Shown here in pieces: positions 20,340-32,047 of a DNA stretch of 64,000 nucleotides. Both the position numbers and the translations under genes were made by a program. Under the pieces are notes generated by a model, which saw only the letters and a list, made by a program, of their open reading frames with translations, made no database searches and had not been told where the DNA came from. The DNA is from Clostridiales bacterium. Lineage in GTDB: Bacteria; Bacillota; Clostridia; Lachnospirales; Lachnospiraceae. The stretch's first letter is position 1, and the number at the start of each line of letters is the position of its first letter. The stretch lies in the NCBI GenBank assembly GCA_012523925.1, contig JAAYSQ010000042.1:861-64860 (forward strand). The letters are read 5' to 3'.

Positions 20340-22250
20340 TTAAGTCCGAACATCAAAGGTGTATCTTTGTATCTCCATATCTAGGGCATCATGCTCCATA
20401 AAATCACTGATAAAATCTGGTTTTTTATAGGTGTTCACTACTTCTGTAAATAAGCTATAGCCTTTCTTTTGCATGGCATTTGTAAGAGAATTCATATGCT
20501 TGGTAAGTAATTGGCCTGCAGCAGAATCAGCAAGATAAAATTTGGCATGAATCGTTTGGTTTTTCATCTTAATATAAATATTTAATGGACCTAAATTTGC
20601 CATGTCCAGATGAAGAAGGATATTAAGGCCATCTTTTGGATCCTTTCGGGCTTTTTTTCTTGCAAGTACATACAAATCACAATGAGTGGTCTGCTCTTTT
20701 AATTGCAGAGGAAGTGGAAGATAGGTAAATATTTGATTTAAATCTTTAAGGAAGGAAAGGTTTCCTTGCAAATCTTTTATAGGTTCCTCCATCCGTGTTA
20801 ATTCCGGAGTATCCTTACTTGCTTTTATTAAGTTGTTTAAGCGGTTTATATCCTCCTCTAGTGTTTCATAAAGTTTGGATACAATATCACTGTCGATGGG
20901 TTTTTCTGGTGAAAGCGTCCATTTCTCATGAAATGCTTCCTTGAGAAGTTTGGCATATTCTGAGGATTGTAGCAACTTAAGTACCGGGTATATGCCTTGG
21001 GATGATATGTTCCTATTAATAAGGTGAAGAATGTTTCCAATAGGAGCCCTACCATTTGCCAAAGTAGTGTTTAGTTGGTTGGCTTCAGGGAAAGGCTTTA
21101 TATATTCAAGAAGATTAGACCTTTCTTCTTCATTTAATATCGTCTGAATTTCTCGACCATTTTGGTTGGAAACAATAAAATCATCTGAAATACGGGGTGG
21201 AATGCTAACGTCTAACGTAGACAAAGGTACGGCATTGATAGAATTTGGAGTCTCATTAAAAGCTGTCTCTGATATATCCTCACAAAGTAAATCTAGAATG
21301 GTTTTATTGATTAAAATTAGACTCTCAGACATTTCATTGATATCAGTGCTAATATGCCCAGATAATAGATCAAGGTCTTGACTGGACGGACTGTGTTCAA
21401 TGCCTGCTGGCATCTCTTGTTGATTTATATCGTCAAAGGGATTAGCTGCAATAGTATCGGTGCTAGGAGTCTTTTGGTTATTTATGTTATTGTCATAAGT
21501 GTTTTGCTGATTTGCAATATCTTCAGGAAGACTTAGTTTGTTTGCAGTTTCACCTGATTTGTGTAGCGGGTTATCATCATGGACGGGTGTGTAGTATGTA
21601 GGCATCTGTAGTAAATCGATAATATTCTTAGATAATTCATTGATCTGTGATAATAGCTGATTTGTTCCGCTAGCGTAAGCTTCAAATTGGATTATGTTTT
21701 CCTTCGTTATAGGAATATGATGTTTCTGCATTAGTACCAAAGTTAGTGGGTTGGCGTCACGGTACTGATGCGATAATTTAACCATAGTTTGCAATGATTG
21801 TTTATCGATGGGCATTTTATGATTTAAAAGCAGTGCTACCAATGATTTATTTCGATTTGACAAGGGAAGATTGGATGCAGTAAGTGCTTTTGCAATCAAA
21901 GCTTCTGTTGTTGTTTGCATATTGGACGAAACATACTTTAATGTCAACTGATCAGCAGTGTTCAGTGTCACTTGAAATTCAGTGGTTTGTCCGATGGCAA
22001 GGGGAAAGTCCCCCTCTAATCTTGCAATAACTTCAAGGTTGCTAGGTTCTAACCGTATTGTTACACTTTCTCTTCTTAGATCTATAATTTCACCTTTTAT
22101 GATCTGTCCCTCTTTTAATTGGGAAACGTCCCAAGAAACTTGTTTAGTGGAAACGTCAGATATTCTAGCTGCTTCAGAGGAAGTACACGTAAAAGGTGCC
22201 CTTGATTTGTTGGATTTATAATTTGGGAGTGTCGTCTTACTGATGTCCAT
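20340..22250 (-). CDS. FliK-like flagellar hook-length control domain protein
   Basis: C-terminal YLPLPLQL...LLHLDMANLGPLNI...YTFDVRT pattern and a low-complexity middle. sigma-28-like -10 GTCGATAT at 22311-22304. Confidence 0.7.
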   Translation of the reverse strand: MDISKTTLPNYKSNKSRAPFTCTSSEAARISDVSTKQVSWDVSQLKEGQIIKGEIIDLRRESVTIRLEPSNLEVIARLEGDFPLAIGQTTEFQVTLNTADQLTLKYVSSNMQTTTEALIAKALTASNLPLSNRNKSLVALLLNHKMPIDKQSLQTMVKLSHQYRDANPLTLVLMQKHHIPITKENIIQFEAYASGTNQLLSQINELSKNIIDLLQMPTYYTPVHDDNPLHKSGETANKLSLPEDIANQQNTYDNNINNQKTPSTDTIAANPFDDINQQEMPAGIEHSPSSQDLDLLSGHISTDINEMSESLILINKTILDLLCEDISETAFNETPNSINAVPLSTLDVSIPPRISDDFIVSNQNGREIQTILNEEERSNLLEYIKPFPEANQLNTTLANGRAPIGNILHLINRNISSQGIYPVLKLLQSSEYAKLLKEAFHEKWTLSPEKPIDSDIVSKLYETLEEDINRLNNLIKASKDTPELTRMEEPIKDLQGNLSFLKDLNQIFTYLPLPLQLKEQTTHCDLYVLARKKARKDPKDGLNILLHLDMANLGPLNIYIKMKNQTIHAKFYLADSAAGQLLTKHMNSLTNAMQKKGYSLFTEVVNTYKKPDFISDFMEHDALDMEIQRYTFDVRT

Positions 22251-22502
22251 TCGAACATCCCCCTTTCCTTTGTTTAATCGTGAAATGTTCTATGTTGTTT
22301 ATTATATCGACCATTATTACAGATATCATAATAAGTTCTAGAAATCATTTGTTGTAAAAATAACTACCTTTTTTTAGAAATGCGTGGTAATATAGGTGTA
22401 TAGAATTCGTAGATGTACAGACTTATACATGTATTATTTCACAATGGGAATATTGTATTTCAAGTAAGACAAGTAACAAGCTGCAGAGAAATGAGGTCAA
22501 TT

Positions 22503-23351
22503 ATGAAAGCAATTGCATTGTATGATCAATTAGAAAAAGATTTTATCTTTGAAGAATTAAGTGATGATTGGGCAAAAGATATGCTGGAAATTGAAGATTA
22601 TATTTCGACTAATTTTAAAGAAAGAAGTATGGGATTGGTTTGTGATTTCGCAAATGAAATTAACAAAGTCTTTACTGCTGTTTTTCCTACAGAAAATATC
22701 ATGCAAAAAATGCTTCATATGAACATTACCGACGCTATGTTATTTGTACACCATCCATTAATTTGGGATAGTAGGAGATCTTCTCCTTTTTATCCAATGG
22801 ATAAAAAGCTGTTGGAGCAATTCAAAGAGAAGAGAATATCGATCTATAATTTGCATGTGCCTCTCGATAATTACAGTGAATATTCTACAAGTAAAACCCT
22901 TGCAGATGCGCTGGATATCGAAATAGAAAAGCCGTTTGTTCCATATCATGGTTCCTTATGTGGAGTCATTGGTAAAACAAAGTGTAAAACCATGTATGAG
23001 TTAGAGAAACTTTTTTCTGACCTACTAGGGCATCGTACAAGGCTTTATTTATACGGAGTTCCTACTATAAAAGATGGACGTGTTGCAATTGTTGCAGGTG
23101 GAGGAAATGACCTAGATACCATTTCGGAAATGATTGAGAATAATGTGAATGTGCTGATTACTGGCATTTCATCAAATCGCGAGTATTTTTCAGAAATACA
23201 TGAATATGAGCGGAAGAATCATATTAACGTACTGGGAGGAACTCATTATTCAACTGAGAAATTTGCATGTCAAAAGATGTGTTCCTATTTTGAAAAACTC
23301 GGTCTGAACTCCGTCTTCCTTGAGGGCGAACCAGTTTTTGAGGATATGTAG
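22503..23351 (+). CDS. Nif3-like dinuclear metal centre protein
   Basis: FVHHP, YNLHVPLD, GTHYSTE motifs. ATG 22503 follows GAGG. Confidence 0.85.
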   Translation: MKAIALYDQLEKDFIFEELSDDWAKDMLEIEDYISTNFKERSMGLVCDFANEINKVFTAVFPTENIMQKMLHMNITDAMLFVHHPLIWDSRRSSPFYPMDKKLLEQFKEKRISIYNLHVPLDNYSEYSTSKTLADALDIEIEKPFVPYHGSLCGVIGKTKCKTMYELEKLFSDLLGHRTRLYLYGVPTIKDGRVAIVAGGGNDLDTISEMIENNVNVLITGISSNREYFSEIHEYERKNHINVLGGTHYSTEKFACQKMCSYFEKLGLNSVFLEGEPVFEDM

Positions 23352-23391
23352 ACGGGGAATATTTAAGTAAAAAATTTATGGAGGAAGGGAT

Positions 23392-23994
23392 ATGCAGGAG
23401 AATAAGAAGATATTAAAGGAGATTGGAAGCTGGCTTGGGGTCATTGTAATCGCTTTTTTTCTGTATTTAATTATTGATAGTACTGCTATTGCCAAAGCCC
23501 AGGTAGAGCAAAGCTCGATGGAAAATACCTTATATGAGGGGCAGCAGTTGGTTGTTAATAAATTAAGCTATATTTTCGATGAGCCGGACAGAGGTGATAT
23601 CATTATATTTTTTGGTGATGGAGAAAAGGGCACTTTTATTGAAGAATTCACCAAGAGTTTTCAAAGAAGATTTCCAATTGGTAATGGGGAAGCTAAGGAG
23701 AAAGAACGATTAGTGAAAAGGGTAGTGGGAATATCTGGTGATGAAATAGATATTAAAGATGGTGCTATCTATATTAATGGCGAGAAACTGGAGGAACCTT
23801 ATGCAAATGGAAGAACATTCCCAGGAAAGGTAGAACTTCCAATTATTATAAAAGAAAATGAATTATTTGTAATCGGTGATAATAGAGAAGTAAGTTGGGA
23901 TTCCAGAGATTTTGGACCAATCGATATAAAACAAGTTGAAGGTAAGGCAATTTATCGAATATATCCATTTGATCAAATGGGTATAATAAAATAA
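23392..23994 (+). CDS. lepB: Signal peptidase I
   Basis: N-terminal TM, SSMENTL, RGDIIIF, LVKRVVG, GDNREVSWDSR. Confidence 0.93.
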   Translation: MQENKKILKEIGSWLGVIVIAFFLYLIIDSTAIAKAQVEQSSMENTLYEGQQLVVNKLSYIFDEPDRGDIIIFFGDGEKGTFIEEFTKSFQRRFPIGNGEAKEKERLVKRVVGISGDEIDIKDGAIYINGEKLEEPYANGRTFPGKVELPIIIKENELFVIGDNREVSWDSRDFGPIDIKQVEGKAIYRIYPFDQMGIIK

Positions 23995-24122
23995 TAGGCA
24001 GGTTTTATTAAGATATAAGACCAGCTTATGGAGGGTATAATAAGTATTCGTTTTACATTGGACAAGATTATAGCTATAATATAGATGAACTACTGAATTA
24101 GTAATCAAAGGAGATTTAGACT

Positions 24123-25313
24123 ATGGAACGAATGATTGGTACTGTATCGAGAGGAATTCGCGCTCCGATTATCAAGGAAGGTGACGATATTGCAGAAATC
24201 GTTGTAGAAAGCGTTGTGAATGCTGCGAAAAGTGAAAACTTTGAACTACGCGATCGCGATGTTGTGGGTATTACAGAGGCTGTAGTTGCTCGTGCACAAG
24301 GTAATTATGCTAATGTAAGCCAAATTGCAACGGATGTCCGTGCAAAATTTGGTGATGATACTATTGGAGTTATCTTCCCGATTTTAAGCCGAAACCGTTT
24401 TTCTATTTGCCTGAAAGGAATTGCAGCGGGAGCAAAGAAAATTGTTTTAATGCTAAGCTACCCATCCGATGAAGTAGGCAATCATTTGTTGGATATAGAT
24501 TTACTTGATGAGAAGGGAATTAACCCTTGGAAGGATGTATTAAGCGAAGAAAGATACCGTGAGCTATTCGGTTATCAAAAACATGTATTTACAGGTGTTG
24601 ATTATATTGAATTTTACAAAGAGCTGATTACTAGCGCTGGCTGTGAAGTTGAAGTGATATTTGCTAATGATTGTCGTACAATTTTAGAATATACTAAGAG
24701 TGTTCTTTGCTGTGATATTCATAGCCGAAACCGTTCAAAGCGATTGCTGAAAGCGGCAGGGGCCAAAAAGGTGTTTGGCCTAGATGATTTATTAACTGCT
24801 CCTGTAGATGGAAGTGGCTATAATGAGAGTTACGGCCTCTTAGGAAGTAATAAAGCAACGGAAAGTACAGTGAAATTATTCCCTCGTGCGTGCAAAAAGG
24901 TTGTTGAGGATATACAAAAGGGATTGCTAGATAGAACGGGGAAAAAAATTGAAGTTATGGTTTATGGTGATGGTGCATTTAAAGATCCGGCAGGTAAGAT
25001 TTGGGAGCTAGCAGATCCTGTTGTATCACCAGCATATACCGATGGTTTGGAAGGACAACCAAATGAAGTTAAGTTAAAATATCTTGCAGACAATCAATTC
25101 TCTGGCTTAGAAGGGGACGAATTGAAAAAGGCAATCTCAGAATACATCCGTAATAAGGATGAAGACTTAGTTGGTGAGATGGCTTCACAAGGTACAACCC
25201 CTCGTCGACTAACTGATCTTATCGGGTCCCTCTGCGATTTAACATCCGGTAGCGGTGATAAGGGAACTCCATTTGTTCTTGTGCAAGGATATTTTGATAA
25301 TTATGCTAATTAA
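24123..25313 (+). CDS. Coenzyme F420-0:gamma-glutamyl ligase (CofE)-like protein, clostridial type
   Basis: PIIKEGDDI...DRDVVGITEAVV N-terminus and CDLTSGSGDKGTPFVLVQGY C-terminus. Family recalled from memory; substrate unknown. Confidence 0.75.
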   Translation: MERMIGTVSRGIRAPIIKEGDDIAEIVVESVVNAAKSENFELRDRDVVGITEAVVARAQGNYANVSQIATDVRAKFGDDTIGVIFPILSRNRFSICLKGIAAGAKKIVLMLSYPSDEVGNHLLDIDLLDEKGINPWKDVLSEERYRELFGYQKHVFTGVDYIEFYKELITSAGCEVEVIFANDCRTILEYTKSVLCCDIHSRNRSKRLLKAAGAKKVFGLDDLLTAPVDGSGYNESYGLLGSNKATESTVKLFPRACKKVVEDIQKGLLDRTGKKIEVMVYGDGAFKDPAGKIWELADPVVSPAYTDGLEGQPNEVKLKYLADNQFSGLEGDELKKAISEYIRNKDEDLVGEMASQGTTPRRLTDLIGSLCDLTSGSGDKGTPFVLVQGYFDNYAN

Positions 25314-25516
25314 ATAATTTAATAGAAATGAAATATAAAGATAGCAAAATTATAGACTTCTTCCTATAAATCTTGCTATCTTTTTTCGTAAAGGGATTTT
25401 AAGATATTAACATAACATCAAAATTTCCCTTTTATAGTTTGACTCTAGATGGTATAATCGAGATTGATAAGTGAAACGAAAACTTTATAGAAATATATAA
25501 AATAGGAGGTTCGCCA

Positions 25517-26557
25517 ATGAGCGAGCACAAATATGCAGAGCTTGCAGGTAAATTGCGAGTGAAGATAAAAAACGGTGAATATAAAAGTGGGGAAAGATTG
25601 CCCAGTGAAAATGAATTAGCTGCAAGCACAGGTTACAGTCGCCATACGGTTCGTAAAGCGATTGGGATTTTAGAAAGGGAGGGACTGGCTCTACGGGTAC
25701 AGGGAAGTGGTACTTTTGTACAAAACCAGATTAGACGTCATACGATCTCACATAACATTGCCATTATAACTACCTATATTGGCGAATATATTTTTCCATC
25801 AATTCTGCAAGGAATTGACCATGTGTTATCAGAAAATGGCTATACCTCCTTGGTTTCTGCAACGAAAAACCGAGTAGATAATGAGCGCCATATTCTAACA
25901 GAACTTTTGCAAAAACCCATCGACGGATTAATTGTAGAGGGAACAAAAACCGCCTTACCCAATCCGAATATAGATTTATATGATAAGTTTGCAAAGTACA
26001 ATATTCCTGTAGTATTTATTAATGGATACTATCCGGATTTAACAGATCCTATCTATGTTGTAGCAGATGATCGTGCAGGTGGCCGAATCGCCTGTGAAAC
26101 TCTTCTTAAAAAAGGCCATAAGAAAATAGCCGGCGTTTTTAAAGGTGATGATATCCAAGGACATTATCGATATGCTGGATACACCAGTGCTCTTCATAAT
26201 GCCGGACTTACTGTGGAAGATGACCATGTATTGTGGTATACGACAGAAAATAAAAGTCAGTTGCTTGAATTCTACATGAGCCAGCTAATAGAAGGATACA
26301 CAGCTGTTATCTGCTATAATGATGAGGTTGCTTTGGAGGTAATGAGTATTCTTCAGAATCTTAACATTAAAGTACCTGATCAAGTGGAAATTGTTAGTTT
26401 TGATAATAGCACCTATGCACAGATATCTGCGATACCATTTCTCTCTTTATCAAATCCCAAAGAAAAGTTGGGGCAGCTAGCAGCAGAAAAGATGATTAAC
26501 ATGTTAAATGGTAAAAAAGAAATAGCAACAGTTCTTCCATGGAGTATAGAAGAATAA
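25517..26557 (+). CDS. araR: Arabinose repressor (GntR HTH plus LacI-type sensor)
   Basis: GERLPSENEL..SRHTVRKA, TTYIGEYIFPSI, DGLIVEGTK. Upstream of the ara genes. Confidence 0.88.
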   Translation: MSEHKYAELAGKLRVKIKNGEYKSGERLPSENELAASTGYSRHTVRKAIGILEREGLALRVQGSGTFVQNQIRRHTISHNIAIITTYIGEYIFPSILQGIDHVLSENGYTSLVSATKNRVDNERHILTELLQKPIDGLIVEGTKTALPNPNIDLYDKFAKYNIPVVFINGYYPDLTDPIYVVADDRAGGRIACETLLKKGHKKIAGVFKGDDIQGHYRYAGYTSALHNAGLTVEDDHVLWYTTENKSQLLEFYMSQLIEGYTAVICYNDEVALEVMSILQNLNIKVPDQVEIVSFDNSTYAQISAIPFLSLSNPKEKLGQLAAEKMINMLNGKKEIATVLPWSIEE

Positions 26558-26626
26558 TATAGAAATAAATTGATATTGATTTACCGCAATGGAATTGGGA
26601 AGTTAAATTAACTTATAATTTTATTA

Positions 26627-26712
26627 TTGAAACCCTATGCCAAATGCGGTATTATATATACAAGAAGATGTGCGTACAAGTTAGAATAAAGTCGAAACTT
26701 GTATGTATAAGT
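26627..26712 (+). promoter_or_regulatory. sigma-A promoter with two AraR-like operators
   Basis: TTGAAA-17-TATTAT (26627-26655). GATGTGCGTACAAGT (~26668) and ACTTGTATGTATAAGT (26697-26712) resemble the B. subtilis AraR box ATTTGTACGTACAAAT. Confidence 0.7.
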
Positions 26713-26822
26713 AGAACAAGCACACATGCTTTGCTTGGGAAGATACATCTCTTGTATGAAATCTTGATATGGTTATCATGTTTTGCAATATCTAAAAATT
26801 ATATAGAATAGGAGGAAAACAA

Positions 26823-28424
26823 ATGGATAAGAAACAATATGTGCAAGCCATAGAGAGTGGCAGAACTTTCCTTGGTATTGAACTGGGATCCACTAGGATC
26901 AAAGCGGTACTTATTGATGAAGCACATACGCCGATTGCATATGGAAGCCACGATTGGCAGAATACCCTTGATCATGGTATATGGACCTATCCCCTAGAGG
27001 ATGTATGGAAAGGTTTACAGGATTGCTTTTCTAAACTGGCGGAAGATGTAAATAATACCTATGGTGTTCCGCTTAGAAAACTAGGAGCTATCGGCTTCTC
27101 TGCCATGATGCATGGATATCTTGCCTTTGATAAGCAAAATCAGCAACTGGTTCCCTTCCGCACTTGGCGCAATACGAAACAAGAAGAGGCTGCTGAAGAG
27201 TTGACGAGAATTTTTGACTTTAATATTCCACAAAGATGGAGTATTGCTCATTTATATCAAGCGATTCTAAACAATGAAGATCATATAAATGATGTTCACT
27301 ACATAACAACATTAGCCGGTTATGTTCATTGGAAACTTACCGGTGAAAAGGTGCTTGGTGTCGGTGATGCCTCCGGTATGTTCCCGATTGATAGTGAGAC
27401 TAATAATTATAATACTCGTATGCTGCAACAGTTTAATGAGATTATATCTGCTAGATCCATACCTTGGAAATTGGAAGATATTCTACCGGTAGTAAAAGTT
27501 GCAGGTGAAGAAGCTGGTGTGCTTTCCGCTGAAGGTGCAAAACTACTTGATCCAAGCGGTATGCTAGAAGCTGGTGTACCATTATGTCCGCCGGAGGGTG
27601 ATGCTGGTACTGGTATGACAGCCACGAATAGTGTGGCAATGCGCACGGGTAATGTATCAGCAGGCACTTCTATTTTTGCTATGATTGTTCTAGAAAAGAA
27701 TTTGTCTAAAGTATATACGGAGATTGATATGGTTACAACGCCAGTAGGTAAACCTGTAGCCATGGTACACTGCAATACTTGTACATCGGACGTGGATGCA
27801 TGGGTTAACATATTTGCAGAATTTTCCCATAGTTTGGGAGTGGAAATAGACAAGACAAGTTTATACAGCCTTCTATATCAGAAAGCGTTGATAGGCGATA
27901 GCGACTGCGGAGGACTGATTAATTATAATTACTATTCCGGTGAACCGGTTACAAAATTAGAAGAAGGACGGCCGTTATTTGTAAGAAAGCCGGATTCTAA
28001 ATTTAATTTGGCCAATTTCATGCGTGCTCAGCTCTTTTCGACTATGGCAACATTAAAATTAGGAATGGATATCCTCTTTGAAGAGGAACAGGTAAAGGTA
28101 GACCAGTTGCTAGGTCATGGAGGTTTATTTAAGACAAAAGAAGTGGGGCAAAAGCTAATGGCAGGTGCCCTTGGGGTACCGGTAGCTGTCATGGAGACTG
28201 CTGGTGAAGGTGGCCCTTGGGGGATGGCTCTTTTAGCAGAATACATGATTAATAAAGAAGTGGGCGAAACATTGGAAGATTATCTTACGGGTAAGGTATT
28301 TGTGGATAGTAAGTCCAACTCCATAAGCCCGGATGTTGAGGATACCAAGGGATTTTTATCATTTATGGAAGGATACAAAAAAGGTCTTGCGATTGAGCAG
28401 GCTGCTGTGAAAGTATTAAAATAG
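26823..28424 (+). CDS. araB: FGGY-family L-ribulokinase (AraB/AraK type)
   Basis: [35 protein letters not shown]. Adjacent to araA and araD. Confidence 0.85.
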   Translation: MDKKQYVQAIESGRTFLGIELGSTRIKAVLIDEAHTPIAYGSHDWQNTLDHGIWTYPLEDVWKGLQDCFSKLAEDVNNTYGVPLRKLGAIGFSAMMHGYLAFDKQNQQLVPFRTWRNTKQEEAAEELTRIFDFNIPQRWSIAHLYQAILNNEDHINDVHYITTLAGYVHWKLTGEKVLGVGDASGMFPIDSETNNYNTRMLQQFNEIISARSIPWKLEDILPVVKVAGEEAGVLSAEGAKLLDPSGMLEAGVPLCPPEGDAGTGMTATNSVAMRTGNVSAGTSIFAMIVLEKNLSKVYTEIDMVTTPVGKPVAMVHCNTCTSDVDAWVNIFAEFSHSLGVEIDKTSLYSLLYQKALIGDSDCGGLINYNYYSGEPVTKLEEGRPLFVRKPDSKFNLANFMRAQLFSTMATLKLGMDILFEEEQVKVDQLLGHGGLFKTKEVGQKLMAGALGVPVAVMETAGEGGPWGMALLAEYMINKEVGETLEDYLTGKVFVDSKSNSISPDVEDTKGFLSFMEGYKKGLAIEQAAVKVLK

Positions 28425-28439
28425 ATGGAGGAATGTGCA

Positions 28440-29915
28440 ATGAGTATAAAAAATTATGAATTTTGGTTTGTAGTTGGTAGTCAGTTCCTATATGGCCCTG
28501 AAGTACTGGATACCATCAAGGTACGTGCTGCCGAGATGGCAGACAAGATGAATGCTTCTGGAAATTTGCCTTGTAAAATAGTTTATAAGGGTACAGTGAA
28601 AACCAATATCGAGATGACAATACTTAGTAAGGAAGCAAATTATGATGATAAGTGTGCCGGCATTATTACTTGGTGTCATACCTTTAGCCCATCCAAGATG
28701 TGGATCAATGGATTTGCTAATTTACAGAAGCCGTACTGTCATTTTGCTACCCAATATAACCGTGAGATTCCCAATGAGGAAATCGACATGGATTTTATGA
28801 ATCTGAATCAGGCTGCGCATGGTGATAGAGAACATGGTTTTATTGCAGCACGCCTTCGTATGCCTCGAAAGATTATCGCAGGTTATTGGCAGGATGAGGA
28901 TGTACAAAAACGCATTGGAAGCTGGATGCGTGCTGCAGTCGGTGTAGCTGTCAGCAAAAATCTTAAGGTTATGCGTTTCGGTGATAATATGCGTGAAGTG
29001 GCAGTTACCGAAGGGGATAAGGTTGAGGTACAGGCAAAGCTTGGATGGCAGGTGAATACTTGGCCAGTTGGTACTTTGGTAGAAGTTATGAATGAAGTTA
29101 CCGATCAGGAAATTGATGAATTAATGGAAACCTATCGCACCAAATACGAGTTTGCTACAGAAGATTTGGAAACTGTACGATACCAGGCTAGGGAAGAAAT
29201 CGCTATCAAAAAGATGATGGATGAAGAAGGATGCATGGCATTTTCGAATACATTCCAGGACCTTTACGGAATGAAACAACTTCCAGGTCTTGCTACCCAG
29301 CATCTAATGGCACAGGGGTATGGCTATGGTGGTGAGGGTGATTGGAAAGTGGCTGCTATGACTGCTATTTTAAAGACCATGAGTGAAGGGCAGTCCGGAG
29401 GAACTACCTTTATGGAGGATTATACCTACCATCTTGAAAAGGGAAATGAATATTCTTTAGGAGCGCATATGTTAGAAGTATGCCCGTCCGTTGCATCTAA
29501 GAAACCTCGGATTGAGATACATCCACTGGGTATTGGAGACCGTGAGGCACCAGCACGCTTGGTATTTGAAGGCCGTGAAGGTCAGGCGATAGTAGTTAGT
29601 CTTGTAGATATGGGTGGACGTTTACGCTTGATTTGCCAAGATATCCAATGTGTAAAACCGATTATGGATATGCCTAATCTTCCTGTAGCTCGTGTCATGT
29701 GGAAAGCGTTACCGGATCTTATTACAGGACTGGAAGCATGGATTACTGCAGGAGGTGCGCATCATACTGTACTAAGTTATGATGTAACCGCTGAACAGAT
29801 GAAAGACTGGGCGCGTATGATGGATATCGAGTTCGTACATATCAATAAGGATACTAACATTGAGACATTAGAACAGGATCTATTTTTAGCTGATCTTGCT
29901 TGGAAGTTGAAATGA
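28440..29915 (+). CDS. araA: L-arabinose isomerase
   Basis: [54 protein letters not shown]. Confidence 0.96.
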   Translation: MSIKNYEFWFVVGSQFLYGPEVLDTIKVRAAEMADKMNASGNLPCKIVYKGTVKTNIEMTILSKEANYDDKCAGIITWCHTFSPSKMWINGFANLQKPYCHFATQYNREIPNEEIDMDFMNLNQAAHGDREHGFIAARLRMPRKIIAGYWQDEDVQKRIGSWMRAAVGVAVSKNLKVMRFGDNMREVAVTEGDKVEVQAKLGWQVNTWPVGTLVEVMNEVTDQEIDELMETYRTKYEFATEDLETVRYQAREEIAIKKMMDEEGCMAFSNTFQDLYGMKQLPGLATQHLMAQGYGYGGEGDWKVAAMTAILKTMSEGQSGGTTFMEDYTYHLEKGNEYSLGAHMLEVCPSVASKKPRIEIHPLGIGDREAPARLVFEGREGQAIVVSLVDMGGRLRLICQDIQCVKPIMDMPNLPVARVMWKALPDLITGLEAWITAGGAHHTVLSYDVTAEQMKDWARMMDIEFVHINKDTNIETLEQDLFLADLAWKLK

Positions 29916-29925
29916 GGATAAAAAT

Positions 29926-30621
29926 ATGTTAGAAGATTTGAAAAAATCAGTATATGAGGCAAATATGGAATTACCACGTAGGGGACTTGTCACATATACT
30001 TGGGGTAATGTGTCCGGTATAGACAGAGAACATGGCTTAGTAGTCATTAAGCCATCCGGTGTAGATTATGATAGTCTGACCCCGGATATGATGGTAGTAG
30101 TTGATTTGGATGGTAACAAAGTAGAAGGAGATTTAAACCCTTCCTCAGATACCAAAACCCATCTTGAGCTTTATAAAGCATGGAAAGAAATCGGTGGTAT
30201 CGTACACACCCATAGTCCCCATGCTGTTGCATGGGCGCAAGCCGGTCAGGATATTCCTTGCTACGGAACTACCCATGCGGATTATTTCTATGGCCCTATT
30301 CCCTGCGCAAGACAATTATCACAGAAGGAAATTGATGAGAATTATGAGAAGAATACGGGAACAGTAATTATTGAAACTTTTCATAATGGTTCCATTAATC
30401 CTATCCATGTACCTGCTGTAATATGTCACAGCCATGGCCCTTTTACTTGGGGTGATGATGCTGTTCAAGCTGTTTATCATTCTGTTGTATTGGAGGAGGT
30501 TGCTAAGATGGCACTTCTTACCCGGCAAGTAAATCATCAGGCATCACAGGCGCCACAACGAATACAAGATAAGCATTTCATGAGAAAACATGGTCCAGAT
30601 GCCTACTATGGACAAAAATAG
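29926..30621 (+). CDS. araD: L-ribulose-5-phosphate 4-epimerase
   Basis: [33 protein letters not shown]. Confidence 0.96.
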   Translation: MLEDLKKSVYEANMELPRRGLVTYTWGNVSGIDREHGLVVIKPSGVDYDSLTPDMMVVVDLDGNKVEGDLNPSSDTKTHLELYKAWKEIGGIVHTHSPHAVAWAQAGQDIPCYGTTHADYFYGPIPCARQLSQKEIDENYEKNTGTVIIETFHNGSINPIHVPAVICHSHGPFTWGDDAVQAVYHSVVLEEVAKMALLTRQVNHQASQAPQRIQDKHFMRKHGPDAYYGQK

Positions 30622-30668
30622 TAAAGAACTTAAAGTACTATCTATATTATAAGAATGTGATAAAGACT

Positions 30669-30709
30669 CCTTGATATGCTGTTCTGTTATTGTGAACAGC
30701 ATATTAAGG
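30669..30709 (+). terminator. Intergenic hairpin after araD (terminator or mRNA stabiliser)
   Basis: CCTTGATATGCTGTTC/GAACAGCATATTAAGG inverted repeat. Confidence 0.6.
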
Positions 30710-30737
30710 GGGCTACTTTTATTATCTAGGAGGATTT

Positions 30738-32045
30738 ATGAATAAGAATACCTTTGCACCTCATCCACCAATGGGGTGGAATAGTTATGATTATTACGAC
30801 ACCACTGTAACCGAAGAAGATGTTAAAGCAAATGCAAAATATATGGCTAGCCATTTAAAAAAATATGGCTGGGAATATATCGTAGTAGACATTCAATGGT
30901 ATGCATACGATACAGGAACAAAAAGGGATAGATATCAGTATATTCCCTTCTGGAAAGTAGAAATGGATGAATATTCTAGGCTTCTTCCATGCCCTGACCG
31001 TTTTCCCTCTTCAGTAGATGGGCAAGGTTTTAAGCCGTTAGCTGATTATGTCCATAGCCTTGGATTGAAATTTGGTATCCATATTATGCGGGGAATCCCT
31101 CGAATCGCAGCGCATAATCACACGAAGATTCTTGGTAGCAATGCTACAGCCAATGAAATTGCAAATCCTTCGTCAATTTGTGGTTGGAATCCAGATATGT
31201 ATGGCGTGGATTACAGACAAGACGGAGCGCAGGAATATTATAATTCGATATTTAACTTATATGCAGAATGGGGAGTAGACTTCGTTAAGTGCGATGATAT
31301 TGCTAATACAAATATGTATCGCCATAATCAGTATTCTGCAAAGGAAGAAATTGAAATGATACATCGAGCAATCATGCAATGCGGTCGTCCGATTGTGTTA
31401 AGCCTTTCTCCAGGTCCGGCATTAATTGAAAAGGCATGGCATTATGAAAAATATGCAAACATGTGGAGAATTACCGATGATTTTTGGGATACCTGGCCAA
31501 ATATAAGAAATATGTTTGAACGATGTGAATTATGGCAAAACCATGTTTCAGAAGGGTGTTATCCGGATTGTGATATGCTTCCTCTAGGATATGTCGGAAA
31601 AGGGTTTGGAGAAGAACGATATACTAGGTTTACCAAGGATGAACAAATTACCATGATGACCTTATGGTGTATCTTCCGGTCTCCCCTTATGATTGGTGCA
31701 GAACTAACAAGGTTAGATCAATGGACCCTTGATTTGTTGTCGAATCAAAAGGTGTTGCGACTATTATCGTGCTCATCTGGAGCAAAGCAAGTTATGCGAA
31801 ATGATCAACAAGCAATATGGTTTTCAAAAGACACAACTGAAGATGCTTATTACTTAGCTTTATTTAATCTAAGTGATGATAAGAAGTGTATTCGTGTAGA
31901 TGCACAAGAAATCGGACTTGGCACTTTTGATGGAAAAGCCTTGGAGGAATTATGGATTGGTGAAAGAATAGCTGGAAGTGAGAAATTTATCTCAACCGAG
32001 GTTTCTGCCCATGGTGCAAAGTTGTTTAAAATTATTGGGTGTTAG
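30738..32045 (+). CDS. GH27 glycosidase, probably beta-L-arabinopyranosidase
   Basis: PPMGWNSY, VVDIQW, WGVDFVKCD, MWRITDD, YPDCDMLP. Specificity is inferred from context only. Confidence 0.85.
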   Translation: MNKNTFAPHPPMGWNSYDYYDTTVTEEDVKANAKYMASHLKKYGWEYIVVDIQWYAYDTGTKRDRYQYIPFWKVEMDEYSRLLPCPDRFPSSVDGQGFKPLADYVHSLGLKFGIHIMRGIPRIAAHNHTKILGSNATANEIANPSSICGWNPDMYGVDYRQDGAQEYYNSIFNLYAEWGVDFVKCDDIANTNMYRHNQYSAKEEIEMIHRAIMQCGRPIVLSLSPGPALIEKAWHYEKYANMWRITDDFWDTWPNIRNMFERCELWQNHVSEGCYPDCDMLPLGYVGKGFGEERYTRFTKDEQITMMTLWCIFRSPLMIGAELTRLDQWTLDLLSNQKVLRLLSCSSGAKQVMRNDQQAIWFSKDTTEDAYYLALFNLSDDKKCIRVDAQEIGLGTFDGKALEELWIGERIAGSEKFISTEVSAHGAKLFKIIGC

Positions 32046-32047
32046 AT

